Positions 1-14,488 of a stretch of DNA of 64,000 bases are shown piece after piece (the stretch's first letter is position 1; the number at the start of each line of letters is the position of its first letter). Position numbers and translations under genes: made by a program. This stretch comes from Amoebidium appalachense (lineage: Eukaryota; Protista; Ichthyosporea): contig CAVNZM010000008.1 of the NCBI GenBank assembly GCA_963693365.1, forward strand, positions 1,612,001 through 1,676,000, read 5' to 3'. A model generated the notes under the pieces. It saw nothing but the letters and a program-made list of their open reading frames with translations, searched no databases and was not told the origin of the DNA.

Positions 1-1431
1 CAAATGAAGCAGAGGATGGGGCACCATCCAGACCTGCACTGGAGGATATGAAAACACGAAGCGCGCTCACGAATTTGCTTACAAAAGAAAGGGCGACTGT
101 GACGACTTTTCTTTTTAGGCCAAGCCTCCAGAAGAATGTATTATGCCTGGAATCCCCCTGCTCAACGAAAATGGCTGGCAACTGGGATACGAAAACTGCT
201 CACGAATGGAAGCATGTGCTTTCTGAAGAAGGCTTGCTTTGCCTACCCTCTTCTTATGAATTATGAACCGGGTTTTTACTGGTTCTGACGGGCTGATATA
301 TTTCTTTATGTCGCCCAACGAAGAACATTTAGGGCATTCTTATTCATGTTATTCCCGGCTCCGATGATGCAGGGTTAAAGCTGAAAGGAAAGAAGTGCTC
401 TTTGTTCCTGAAAGAAGTGGCTTTTCCGGCCATGGTGACTCGCCTTACAGTCTTAAGGTAGAACCGGGATAAGGAGCAGTGGCTAAGCCTTGAAGCTATC
501 CACCACTACCTGAGCTACGAAGTGACCTAAGGCTTGAGTTATATTCATTATCGAATGTTGTGTATGATCATTCATCCACACAACCAAATTACTCGCAATT
601 GAAAACGAATCTGCGGGAGTTTCCTAAAAAGGAAAAACACCTAAAAAAGGAAAATATTACTTCTACAGAAAAAGCCAAGCACAGAGACGAAGCGAACAAT
701 TCGCACGCACACTCTGCAACAATCTTCGCCACGAAAATGAAAACACAGAAGAATGCTGCATGAGTTTGTGTTTTGGCAAATGAAGAAGTGCTCATAGACG
801 TGCACAACTCTATTCCACCGTCCTTGCTCTGTTCTGTCCAGCAGCTCGGCACACACAAGAATTCTCGCTGAAGGTTGTTTATCGCCTCTCAGCCTGGTGG
901 TTTGCTTGTCTAACGACACCACCAGGCTCCCGACAAGGGGGGGAGTGTAAACAACTGTACACATGAACTGTACATGTTTACTAAAGAATGTGATCTACTA
1001 GCACACGATTCGTGCTTTGTCATGAACCTGAATATCACATAAATATTATGTCCGCACCAATAGGACTCACTCTGACCTAAGAATTGAACCATATATGGTT
1101 CTTCCGCTGCATACCACATAAACGAAGTGAACCAATAAGAGGTTTGCATAAATAGGACGAAGGTCTGACTGGCTCGGACCGCACCAGAATCACGAATGGC
1201 ATGTTGCCACCCGCGCTGGCCGCGGATGAACCAATCCTGGGCCTTGATCCGAAACCTGGGGGCTATATAACAAAGCCGTCCCAGTACGGGGATCACATCA
1301 GTGAAGTCTGAGACAGACTGAGTCGGCCCATAGTAAAAGCAACCTGGCCGCGTGTGCCTTTCTACCCGTTCTCTGTCTTTATTTTGATTCAGTTGTACTC
1401 TGCCTTATCCTAACTAGTCCAACTGTTTACA
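1..1431 (+). mobile_element. Ty3/gypsy family A non-autonomous LTR element, copy 1 (3' part; runs off window start)
   Basis: 1-945 is the reverse complement of ~22104-23050. It carries decayed RT remnants (DAGLKLKGKKCSLFLKEVAF near 365-425). PPT AAGGGGGGGAG at 935-945, then the LTR. Confidence 0.9.
946..1431 (+). repeat. Family A 3' LTR (TGTAAACA...TGTTTACA)
   Basis: 8-bp terminal inverted repeat. Near-identical to 21616-22103, 24739-25218 and the split LTR 57467-57758 + 63652-63844. Confidence 0.95.
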
Positions 1432-1777
1432 TCGATGCTACACTTTACATAATAGGAGTGTGGCATTTACACTAAGCATATGAACTGAAACATAACACAA
1501 ACTGAGAAGATCTTACCATATGTAAATACTACGTATTACAACAGGAAGGGAAGAGGTAGAGGGGCGAGTCCGGCGGGGATGCGTGTAGCCGGAAGAGCGG
1601 GTGGTCCGGGGCACAAGCGGACAGGGGGGTGATGTGCTCGTGAAATTTAAGGGCTAATTCGTGTACGCGTTGTGATGGTGGTGTGAGTGCGTAGAGAGAA
1701 TCAAAAAGGCGTAGGCTAGGGATAGGTGTGGAAAGACCAGTGAGAAACGTACAACAAGTCCGTATCCTGCCTCCCCC
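1432..1777 (-). mobile_element. 3' fragment of a non-LTR (LINE-type) retrotransposon
   Basis: The translation RVHELALKFHEHI...PDHPLF resembles the C-terminus of the LINE at 15384-16044 (RMEELSLRFCFHL...DGHPLY). Confidence 0.5.
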
Positions 1778-1894
1778 CTTAAGATGGCACAAGTAAGGGT
1801 ATCTGATGTAAGACTATCAGTACGGGTTTTCATTGGGGAGCCACTTTCATCCAATCCATCATGTTCGATCTTGTTTGCTAAAGACAGCTCATAA

Positions 1895-2167
1895 AACCAA
1901 CCACCGCATCTCCCATTTTAGACAAAATCGAGGTTGATCCGATCGAGAATTCCATTCTTCCCCATGGCGCCGCCTAAGTGAAGTCATCGAACTTATCAAC
2001 TTGCGATCGAGGGGGTGACGTCATTCTGGGCACACTTTCCCAGAATGACGTCACTCCCTTGATCGTGTGATAAGTTCGATAATTTCTTAGGCGGCGCCAG
2101 GGCAATTTGGAATCCTCGATCGGATCAACCTCGATTTTGTCTAAAATGGGAGATGCGGTGGTTGGTT
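1895..2167. mobile_element. MITE-like fold-back element
   Basis: ~83-bp inverted arms (AACCAACCACCGCATCTCCCATTTTAGAC... / ...GTCTAAAATGGGAGATGCGGTGGTTGGTT) around a ~105-bp spacer, with TAA on both sides. Confidence 0.7.
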
Positions 2168-2223
2168 TAAGGAGACTTGGGGGGATGGATTTTCGCTTAA
2201 AATCGGGGGGATCCAATCGATCA

Positions 2224-2613
2224 ATTCGATCAAATTCTTTTTTTTTTCTTTTGACTGGATTTATTCGACGGAAAGATATGCAAGTATGCACGGCATACTG
2301 AGAAGACAATAAAAAAAAACTTCACGAGTTATCCAGTAACAAGTGCATACTGAGATACCTGAACACTGTGTGAAAATCATATAAATACTCAATGTGACGA
2401 CCAACAGACTCGGAATTCAACAAAAAGTCTAAAGTGTTCGTTCACATTGCCAGCTAGTGTAGCAGACACCCGTAGGGAAAGAGGTAAAACGCGACATAAA
2501 CATTCACACCTATCAACATGCTTGCGATTAAAAAGTTCAGCACAAAAGTGGCACCAGCGACGATGAAAACAAGAATTACAACCGTTGCCACTGCACAACT
2601 TCCCAGGCAATAT
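2224..2613 (-). repeat. Dispersed repeat; inverted copy of 31618-31960
   Basis: Direct sequence comparison; matching ORF-track peptides (ILPGKLCSG, FRRINPVKRKK). Confidence 0.8.
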
Positions 2614-3000
2614 CAACATCAGAGCACCATACAGACTTATCTACTAGGGTGGTATCCATACGTACAGCAGGAGAAATGTATCCAGCCAAAGCTCCCAAAA
2701 AGCGATAATGATCAGTTACACGGTGTTGCCTAAGGAACATAACACATGCCGATTGTCAATGAGTTTTACCTTTGATTTCTCAATCAGAACGAGAAATAAA
2801 CTGATACTGTGTATGGTAATAACGCGGAAAGGCAGAAAAAACAGGAAGAGAAAAGAAAGAGGGGGTGAGATAGCGAGAGGAAGAATCAGGTTGAAAGAGG
2901 GTAGGCTGAGGACATTCAGAAGTAGCGTTAGTGAATCGGGGGGGAAGAGGGATGGAGGGAGGGGGGGGAAAGAAAGCATAAAGAGGGTGACCATCAGGTA
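2614..3000 (-). mobile_element. LINE 3' end (inverted relative to the adjacent RT ORF)
   Basis: Similar, with several indels, to 15384-15781, which is the 3' end of the LINE RT ORF plus its UTR. Confidence 0.8.
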
Positions 3001-4641
3001 CCATCGGACCATTCAAAGTTCCCCCGTAGAATTTTCGGTTTCCTTCCCTGTTCACTTCGGCGGGGCTACTCAGACTAACCGCCGCCTCTTATCTCGCGGT
3101 TTTGAGCACAAGTTAAACCAGTTACTCGCTGTCAAGGAGTATGAGTCGGTTCATGGCTTCTTTCTTGCCGCAGTGCGCGACGCCCGTGCGCAGCGGAACC
3201 CGGCTATTTTGGAGGTTTGTTATAGTGAGTTTGTTGAGTTTCTATTTGCCCTTGGCGAGCAGGTGGTGGGCACGGTTGAGTACCCTTGCGTTCGGCTGAG
3301 ACAGTCTCACGTTTTGCAGTCCCTACGACAGTTGTTGCCTCTACAGGAAGCATTATCGGTCTGGAAATCCGCCGGTCGGTTTGGGCCCTCCGTGCAAGTC
3401 TATGCCCCGTCTCCTTCCATCTCCGTCGCTGAATCCGTCGATGTTGACTATTATGCTTCCCTATTTTCGCTTCCTAACGTGTCCACGGTTCCATCACCGC
3501 CCGCTGGCCTCTCCCAGCCGCCGAGTTGGGAGCCGGACCGATCGTTCCCGGGCACTTTTCACAGTTATTTCAACTCTTCGGCTGTTTTTGGTGCTATGAC
3601 GGGCGTTAAAACCCCGCAAGGCGTGCGGGCCGGATGCTCTTCCTCCCGTGCTTTTCAAGGTTCTTTCTCCCGTGCTTCCGCCCCGTAGTCGTGCAGAGTC
3701 CCCCCCCCGCCCCCGCCTTTTGCTGTCCTTCTTAGTGAGTTTTTTCCGGCTTTTTTCGAACTCGGGTTTATTCCAAATTCGTGGCTTGACACAATCGTCA
3801 CGGTTACGCCCGTTCATAAGAAGGTATCGCAGGGGGTCATTAACGACTTTCGTCCCGTCACACTTACCAACGTTTTTTGTCGGCTCTTCGAGGGTTGCAT
3901 GCTTCGCGCGTTTAACACCGACGATTCTTTAAACGCCGTGTTCCGTCTTTCTTCCCTTCAAGGGGGCTTTCGTCATGCCTATTCGTGTTATACTCACAGT
4001 CTGTTACTCCATGAACCCATTACTTCTGGCTCTCCACACGTTGTCTTCATCGACCTTAAGAACGCCTACGACACCGTACCCACTGGTTTGTTATGGCATA
4101 AGCTGGCTATGCGGGGAGTACCAGCCCCCTTTGGCCGTCTTCTGCAAGCGTTGTTCGATACCACTCGCGGCCGAGCGGCGGTCAATGGAACATTAACACC
4201 CGGTTTTTCCCGTTCTCGGGGTCTTCTGCAGGGGTCCCTCCTGAGTCCGTTGTTGTTTGACGTTTTCATTGACGATTTAGCCCGCGCCCTTGAACCCTTT
4301 GGCCAACTGCATACCCGCCGTGTACCGGGTCTCCTTTTTGCGGACGATATTGTTCTTTGTTCCTTAACCGAAGATGTCATGCACCAGATGCTTCGTCAGG
4401 TGGATCAATGGTGCACCGAGAATCTCATGACAGTCGGAATTGCAAAGTGTGCTACTTTTTCGAAAAACACTTCGTTTCGATTGGCCGGTCTTCCTATTCC
4501 TGTTCAGAGCACCTATGACTATTTGGGTATTCCTTTTACTGCACGGGGTATTGATTTCCGCAAGCTCCTCACGGCACGGATCGCTCGTGCGAAGGGTAAG
4601 CTTCACATCGTGTCAAATATGTTTCAACGGGAGTCTGTGAT
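3001..4641 (+). pseudogene. Non-LTR retrotransposon reverse transcriptase, 5'-truncated and frameshifted, interrupted by copia C
   Basis: Motifs FIDLKNAYD, GLLQGSLLSPLLF, LFADDIVL and YDYLGIPF in ORF 3899-4641. The reading continues on the minus strand at 16044 across TSD GTGAT. Confidence 0.9.
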
Positions 4642-6748
<2,107 letters not shown>

Positions 6749-7501
6749 TGTTGTTTTGTACGGGTCTAAGGGAGCAGAGTGCACAGAGGTGTCATGTAAA
6801 ACACGACTAACACATTAATGAGAGGGCAATCGGAGTTGTTCACGAGACATTGAAAGATTTCAAACAACAACTGATTCTTTATTGTGCTCTCGGTTCCTTT
6901 TGTACTTGCGACTTATCACCTTATCACAACTAAAGAGGGAGAACCAATCGGTTCTATCAGAAGATAGAAAAACACATTCCGACAGAGCATACACATTCCA
7001 ACTTCCGATTAAACTAAAGTGTAGAAACTCTTACTTAAATAAATTAAGTAATTATACATCTAGTCACTACTAACTCACATATATATTTATGTTCGTCTCT
7101 ATAAAGAAACTTATTTAAATACATATATTTCCTAACAGTCGACACTCTCAAAGTGAAGACACTTTGCAATAAACCGAATTACATATATATCTATTGTCCA
7201 ATCACAACACACATATATTAACAGACAGGAATGCACAACACGATCTACAGATGTACTCGCTCGCGACTATTGGCGAGCCATCCTTTTGAGAACAAAACTA
7301 AGCCATTTTGAAATAAAGGAAAGACAACGAGTGAGGCTAGCCAATCACGCTACCTCTCAGATAAACAGTCCGAGAGGAGAGCAAACAGAAATAAAATACA
7401 ATAAGTTCTTATCAGGCAAGAGAGCCAGGTGTGCACAGATCTACAGATATCTGTGCCCACAGAAACAAGGGAGAGAGAGATACGGGGGGGGGGGGGGGGG
7501 G

Positions 7502-7565
<64 letters not shown>

Positions 7566-7657
7566 ACAAAGAAGGAAAGCAGACACGAATACAAACAAGC
7601 TAAAACACATACATACTTCAAGGCTCTTGCTGTCATACATGGTGACGTATTCCAACA
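6749..7657 (-). repeat. Copia family C 3' LTR (inner element)
   Basis: Copy of 4642-5595 with distinct variants; flanked by TSD GTGGG (6744-6748). Confidence 0.95.
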
Positions 7658-8381
7658 TCCCCACTCAAGGGGTTGAAGTTTGTGTTCTCGTGTCTGTTGA
7701 TGTGACGGTAGATGAGGTCCAAACACAGGAGGGGCCGTCACACTCAAGTTTCCCCACTCGAGGATGCAAACCGAAGATCCTTGAGGTGGGAAGGGGAGAA
7801 TCAAAACTGAAGAGGCACACAACGACGGTTGCCTCTGAAGACTCGGAACAATAAATCATGGTGGTTATCGTCGATATATATATATATAGAGGAAACACTA
7901 GTGTATGTGTGACGTGTTGGTGGCTAATGTTTTATACTGGGGACCACCCAGGTAAACACAAGGCATGAACATCTTGTGGACTGATTTATAGACTGGTTGT
8001 CAACAAGTTAAGACACGGGGAAGGTGCATCCCGTGGACTAGGTTTAGACTGGCAGTCAACCAGCACGCCATGGCTATAGATAATTATTTATACTGGGACG
8101 CCATCCCAGTTCGACATATATATAAAGTCGAATAAAGAAGAAAACCAATATATATGGTGGGATATGAATATAAATAAACGACGGATGGTGGAGAATAATC
8201 CCCACTGAAGATGCACACACATGACGATGTAAGACTGAGTCCCCACTGATGAAGAGAAACGATGAGGAGTAGTAGACTTTCGTTGGGAGGCATCTTGAGC
8301 ACCGTAGGTGTGTCAACTGCTGCAGTGTCCAGGGCCCCAACCTACTCAGAAACCACTCGATGATGAACACCAGTGCACGGG

Positions 8382-11300
8382 TCAGTCACGGAGACTGAGG
8401 TTGGCACGGTGTGTGTCGTGGGCCGGACCAGCCAGAGGCTTGGTGAAGATGTCGGCCAGGTTCTTCTTGGTGTCGATGTAGGTGACAGTGACCGTCGTCC
8501 CCACTGTTGATGTAGTCCTTGGTGTTGAAGTAACGAACGGCAATGTGCTTGGTCCGGTGCTTGATGGTGTTGGAGTGGACCAGAGCAATGGTGGACTGAT
8601 TGTCACAGTACACGGGGGTGGGCTCGGTCATGGGGTAGCCCAGCTCCTTTACTAAGTAGTAGATCACGGTGCCAGACAACATCTTGCACGGCAGCATTGA
8701 GGGCCAGGAGCTCGGCCTCACAGGTGGAAGTTGCAGTGATCGTCTGCAGCTTGGAGTGGTAGGTGACGGGGGTGCCTTCGAGGAGGATGACGTACCCAGA
8801 CGTGGAACGACGGGTGGTGGGGCAACCAGCAAAGTCAGAATCCGAGTAGCACTCAAGGATGGGCACCTTGCTGTTGGGGGCCTTCTTCTTGTAGTAGAGG
8901 CCGAGGTTGATGGTGCCGAGCAGGTAACGAACGACACGGAGGAGAAGCTCCCAGGCAGTCTTGGTGGGCTTGGAGCTGAATCGGCCGAGGTAGCCAATGG
9001 CATACGAGATGTCAGGCCGGGAGCACCGAGCAACCCACAGCAGACGGCCGAGGAGTTCACGGTAGGGGACGGTGGTGGGCAGGGATGAGAGGGAGGTCTC
9101 GTTGATGATGGTGCCCACGGGAATAGGGGTGGCCTTAGGCTTGGCATCGACCAGGTTGAAGTTGGTGATGATGTCCTTGATGTAGGAGGACTGCAGCAGC
9201 TTGAGGGAGTCACGGGTGTACAGCAGTTGGGTGCCGAGGAAGATGTCTGGCAGACCGACCTTGCACTCGGCAGACTTCGTGATGTGACGAACAAGTCCCT
9301 GCATGATGGTGGAGTGCCGTGTGCAGGTGATGATGGCATCATCAACGTAGTTGCCCGAACGGATGATGTGCCCGTTGGGGAACTGACGGAAGTAGACACA
9401 CGGATCGGAACGGAGACGGGTGAGGCCGTGGGCAATGAGAATGGAGTTGAAGAACTCGTACCATGCCAGGGATACCTGTTTGAGTCCGTAGATGGCCTTC
9501 TTGAGTTTCCAGACTTTGTGTTCATTGCCAGGGAGGATAAAGCCAGGAGGTTGCTCCATGTACAAAGTCTCGTCGAGGGGGCTGTTGAGGAAGGCCGTGC
9601 TGATGTCGAGTTGATGGATCTCGTGGTCCTGTTGCACACCGAGGGCAAGCAGGGCACGGACGGAGGAGGACATGACGACGGGGGAAGAGTTTTCACCGTA
9701 GTCAACACCGTAGACTTGGGTGAAACCCTTGGCCACACCACGACCCTTGATCTTGGTGTCACCAGCAGAGTTGAGGACCTTCTCCGTGACAATCCACTTG
9801 AATCGGATGATGTTGGCATCGGAGGGGGGCTCAACTACGTCGAAAATGTCCTTGTCGATGAAAGCCTTGTACTCGGCAGTGAGGGCAGTCACCACTTCAT
9901 CACCCTTGGTGCCGGAGCACAGCTTCAGAATTGACCGGGGCAGCTGAGACACATCAAGGCTGGGTCGGGAGATGCTCACCATAGCCATGGCAGGCCGGGA
10001 GGAGAGACGGGAGGAACGACGGGGGACGGTACGGAGGGGCTCAGGGGCCGGGGTGGTGTCTGGGACAGACACTCGGTGGTCGGGGATGGGGGCCTGGAAG
10101 CCAGGGATGGGTGCCGTGTTGAGGGGGGAGTCGGATAACACGGGGCACATGGACGGGGCCGAGTGGAACTCCGGAGACCCAGGACGAACCGGGGTGAGAT
10201 GACCAGGGACGTGGTCATTGACGGCAGGGGCCGGCAGCAGGGGTTGCTGGCCGGTGGGGGGGGGGGTGGGTGGAGCCACGGGGGCAGGTACACGACGGGG
10301 GTAACGACGGATAATCACCGACGGAATGTCATCGTCATCGGAATTGGAATTTCCGGAATGCAGGGATGGATCGATTGAGGTCGTCTGATTGGTGGCCTGC
10401 ACAGAAATCTGATTGGATGCCGTGGTGAATTGTGATTCGTCGAAGACGACATCGCGGTAGAGGTTGACCGTGTTGCCACGTAGATTCATGATCTTGTGGG
10501 CTTTGTTGGTGATATCCCAGCCCACGTAGGTGCCGAGTTTGACGGTAGAGGCCAACTTGTCTCGTTTGGATGCAGGAACGTGTACATAGGCTGGGCAGCC
10601 GAACACGTGCAGGTGGGAGAGGTCAGGCTTGACACCGTAGAAAAGTTCAAACGGTGTACGGCCATTGGCAGCTCTGGCCGGGGTCACGTTGATGATGTAG
10701 GCAGCATGCTTGAGAGCAGCTCCCCACAGCTTGGGGGAAAGGGAGTCGGCCTTGTCCTGATGAAGGAAGCACCGAACGATCTCCTGCAGATCCCTCATCT
10801 TACGTTCAACGAAGCCGTTGAGTTGGGGGCAGTCAACCGGGGCAAATTCCTGAATGATGCCCTTGGACTGGCAGTACTGCTCCATAGCATGGGAGGTGAA
10901 CTCGGACCCAGAGTCTGAACGGAAGTGGGTCACCACCTTGTCGGGTTGCTTGTCAGTAGTCTCAACTTGCCAGGGCCTTGACGTATTCGAGAGTTTCGGA
11001 TCGATCACGGAGGAGGTACACTATGGTGTAGCCGGAGGCATCACAGGTACACACGAGGGCCACCTTGTAGCCACCATAGGAGGCACAGGGAGGCTCGAAG
11101 AAGTCCATGTGCCACTTGGCACGGGGGAAGGGGCACTGGGTTCTGGTGCCGGAGAATGGGGCCTTGGTGGTCTTGCCGGAGACACAACCGAAGCAGTCAG
11201 TGGTGTCAGCCACTGAGAGGGATGAGGGGAGGCCTGTCACGAGGTCACCTCTCACCATCTTGGTGAGGGTGGACAGGGCACGATGGCCGAGACGGTGGTG

Positions 11301-12325
11301 CCAGAGCTGAGGATCATTGTTGACCTTGACGTTGGCTACCAGAGCAGTGACGGTCCGAGGGATGGAGGGACGTATCTCATAGTCAGTGATGACTCAAAGT
11401 ACAGTCCATCTGTGCCTGTGAGGGAACACACGATGTTGCCACCACGAGTGTAGAGGTATGATGGGAATGCATCCTCATCATCGAGGTGGGCAAGGAGACC
11501 CGACTTGGAGGCCATTGAGGGTGAAATCAGGAAGGCTGGGGAGTCGGGTACGTAGGGTGTTGAGGCTCAGTACTGATGTTACTCCGTTGTAGGTGACGGC
11601 CAGGTTGATGACACCACGGTGATGTGCAGTGACGATGCCGAGGCCGTGGACGTCAGTCGGGGGGCATGGCTCAAGAGTAGAGAATTCTCCTTTACTGGGC
11701 ACACGTGGACGTTTGAAGCCGAGTCCCAGCAGGGGTCCATGGGTAGGGAGGCCGTGGTGGACACGAGGGCAAAATGCACCTCTTTTCCAGACTTGGTGTT
11801 GGCACGGTGACGACGGGCAATTGAGCAGCCAGGTTTGTCACACTGTGTGACATGATGGTCTTCGTGACAGTAGGCACAGTCGAGGGAGCCAGTGGTCTTG
11901 GCTCGGGGTGGCTGGGAATGACGGTTACCCCCTTTACGTGGGGGGTAGGGTGACCGGGAACGATAGCCGGGGGAACGGGACCGGGAGTAATCACGGTCAA
12001 CTGAGGGGGATCGATCGGTGGGACGACCGCGGGGGTGACGGGAGACGGAGCTGTCACGTCGGGGGATCCGGTGTCTGAGGTCGTCCTTGGTGAGGACACG
12101 GCTTTGCAGGGCACGTGCTGTTCGGACGGTGGAGGAGGACCCGGACCCAGAGTCGATGAGACCTTCACGGATCTCTGCAGCTCGGATGTCACTGATTAGA
12201 CGGTTGTAGGTCTCGTAGTTGATGGTACGACGGAAGTAGTCGGCAATCATGGCCTGGATGTCGGTACAAACTAACTTACGGTTCTTCTTGAGGTGGATGA
12301 AGAAGTTATCAACCATCATGGTCTT
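8382..12325 (-). pseudogene. pol: Copia gag-pol polyprotein with several frameshifts
   Basis: Zinc knuckle CAYCHEDHHVTQC; protease WDSASNVH; LWHHRLGH; integrase RSDSGSEF / QLNGFVER; RT QLDISTAFL, LKKAIYGLKQ, YVDD; RNase H YSDSDFAG, LADIFTK. Confidence 0.95.
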
Positions 12326-14442
12326 TGTCGTATCCTATTGTGTATGTACTAGAGACGCGGCACTCTACTAAGTGTACACACACGAAAAGGAACGAACGTG
12401 TACGGAAAAACGGTAAAGTTTATTCAGACCAGGCTCCGACGGGCAAAACTTAGATCCGTACGGGATGAGGCTAAGTCACAACTGAGGCCATCAAGGCCGT
12501 GCCCTCAAAGATCATCATCACCTGGCCCCCCTACGATGCCACATTCCAAACATTCCGATCTACTTTATCGTGCGCCTGCACGAGCTAAGTCGATCTACTC
12601 AAACTAATATATTTATCCATGTCTCACCCCTCACCCTCCCCCTAGTGGCACCGCAGAGTCTAAATCTACATTTCATACTATCCTCCCCCCCCCTCCCTCC
12701 CACCTTTCCTCTACATCGAAATATATAAATACGTTTGGCAACATACACTATCAAACCTTGCCAATACTTACAAAAGGGCTTCTGCCCGAACAATCACATT
12801 CCTAAGTCCTCCTACGATCTATCCTACACACTAATTAGAATTCTATTGGTCGGCTGCCCCGGCTGACGTGGTCCTGCCCTGCGCCGGCAGAGGCAAGATG
12901 CACGCAGCTGTACAGCTATCTTGAGGCCCCGGACTTGATCTTGATTTGATGATCTGTGGACCCGGGCCACCCCCCCCCCCCCCCCCCCGATCTCGATCGT
13001 AGACTTAGGCTGATCTGCTGAGACGGATTAGTATATGTCAACTCCCCCCCCGGCCCCCGGAAAAGCTGAGTCCCACCTCAGTCACATTACATCTAACACC
13101 CCCTTAGTAAAAAGACATAGACTAATCAGTCTCCTAAAAAAAATTAAATTAAATAAATGACGAAGAAAAATAATAAATTAATCTACACCATAAGCTTGAT
13201 ACCTACGGAGACACCTATGATAATAAATAAAATTCCTACGACTACGTTCACACTCCTCCTCTGTCTCCTCCCCCCCCTCCCCCTCCCCCCGTGTGTCTAC
13301 GTGTATTTGCATCACTCCCCCCCCCGGCCCCCTCCCCCACCGACTTTTTCACACCACGATTAAACTGAGGAATAACTCTCTTTGGCCTAGAGGCCGGGGA
13401 GCACTAGGCAACTCCCTCTGCACTAATCTAGCCTCATAAGCACGAATAGAAAATGGGCAATCCAAATGAAACTCAGGCAACCACTGATCTTCCTGATAAC
13501 CTCCCTCAAAACGAATTAAATAATAATTTACCTTACCTTCCTTACCTTCGATAACCTTTTTATCCATAATTTTATCTACTGCAGCCTTCGATACATCCAC
13601 CGACCCGTCATAGTCGGGGGTGAATGAATCTAACACTCGACGGCCCTCCGGCCGTTTAACCCTAAGGGCCCTATCATAATATTCCTTTATATCATCTACA
13701 TTATAAAATCTAACATCACTCTCATTATCTAACCTCTGCACCTTATATTCCGTCGGACCTAACCTAGCCACTATTTTATACGGGCCAATGAAAAGAGGCA
13801 ACCATTTCTTACCATACTTACAAAGACTTTCACCCTCACCCTTACCTTCCTGCTCCTGCTTATATCTCTTTTTCCTAGTATGATCCCTAATTAAAACCCG
13901 GGCCGTATACTCGAGCTCGTTTTCCGGCCGTGTGAAGGCCTCGAGCTCCCCGTCCACGTCGTCGGTGCTGTTCTCGTCCTCGTCGTCGGGGATGAACCGT
14001 GCGGCCAGACGTTTCTGGCCGAGTGTCCGGGACACCATCTCGTCCCTCCCCTCGTCGTACTGCTGCTCGTATATACGAGCCGTCACCTGGGGGGCCTGCT
14101 CGGCCCGGTACGGGTGCTCCTCCATCAGGGTGCATAAGTCGGCCATTGTTTTGTGGTCGATGCACTGTTTGATCATTAAGCACGAGGCCGCCACAGTGGG
14201 GGCCTTCTTTGTGTCTAACACTAGTGTGGGTGTGTTAGCTAGGAGTGTCCTAAGCCACCTAGGTATTTCCGAGTCGTGTTTGAGTATAAAACTGAAAGCT
14301 GTGGTCTGTCTAACGTCTAGTGTATGAACCTGTGGTACCTGTGTGTGCAGGGAGCTATCCTCCGCTGCCAGTGCGTAGAACATGTCTACGTTAAACTTAG
14401 CCATTGTGTGGTGTGTGCCCGAACTCGTGTGGTTGTGTTTAT

Positions 14443-14488
<46 letters not shown>

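Larger units (their letters stand above)
6749..12325 (-). mobile_element. Copia family C inner element, 3' part
   Basis: Gag C-terminus, PR, IN, RT, RNase H in copia order, then 3' UTR, PPT and LTR. Confidence 0.95.

Noticed and set aside
2614-4641. Penelope-like element (inverted pseudo-LTR)
   Set aside because: RT motifs are of LINE type; no GIY-YIG domain or hammerhead seen.
8669-11310. Antisense and alternative-frame ORFs over copia, gypsy and DIRS pol genes
   Set aside because: Shadow ORFs caused by high third-position GC.
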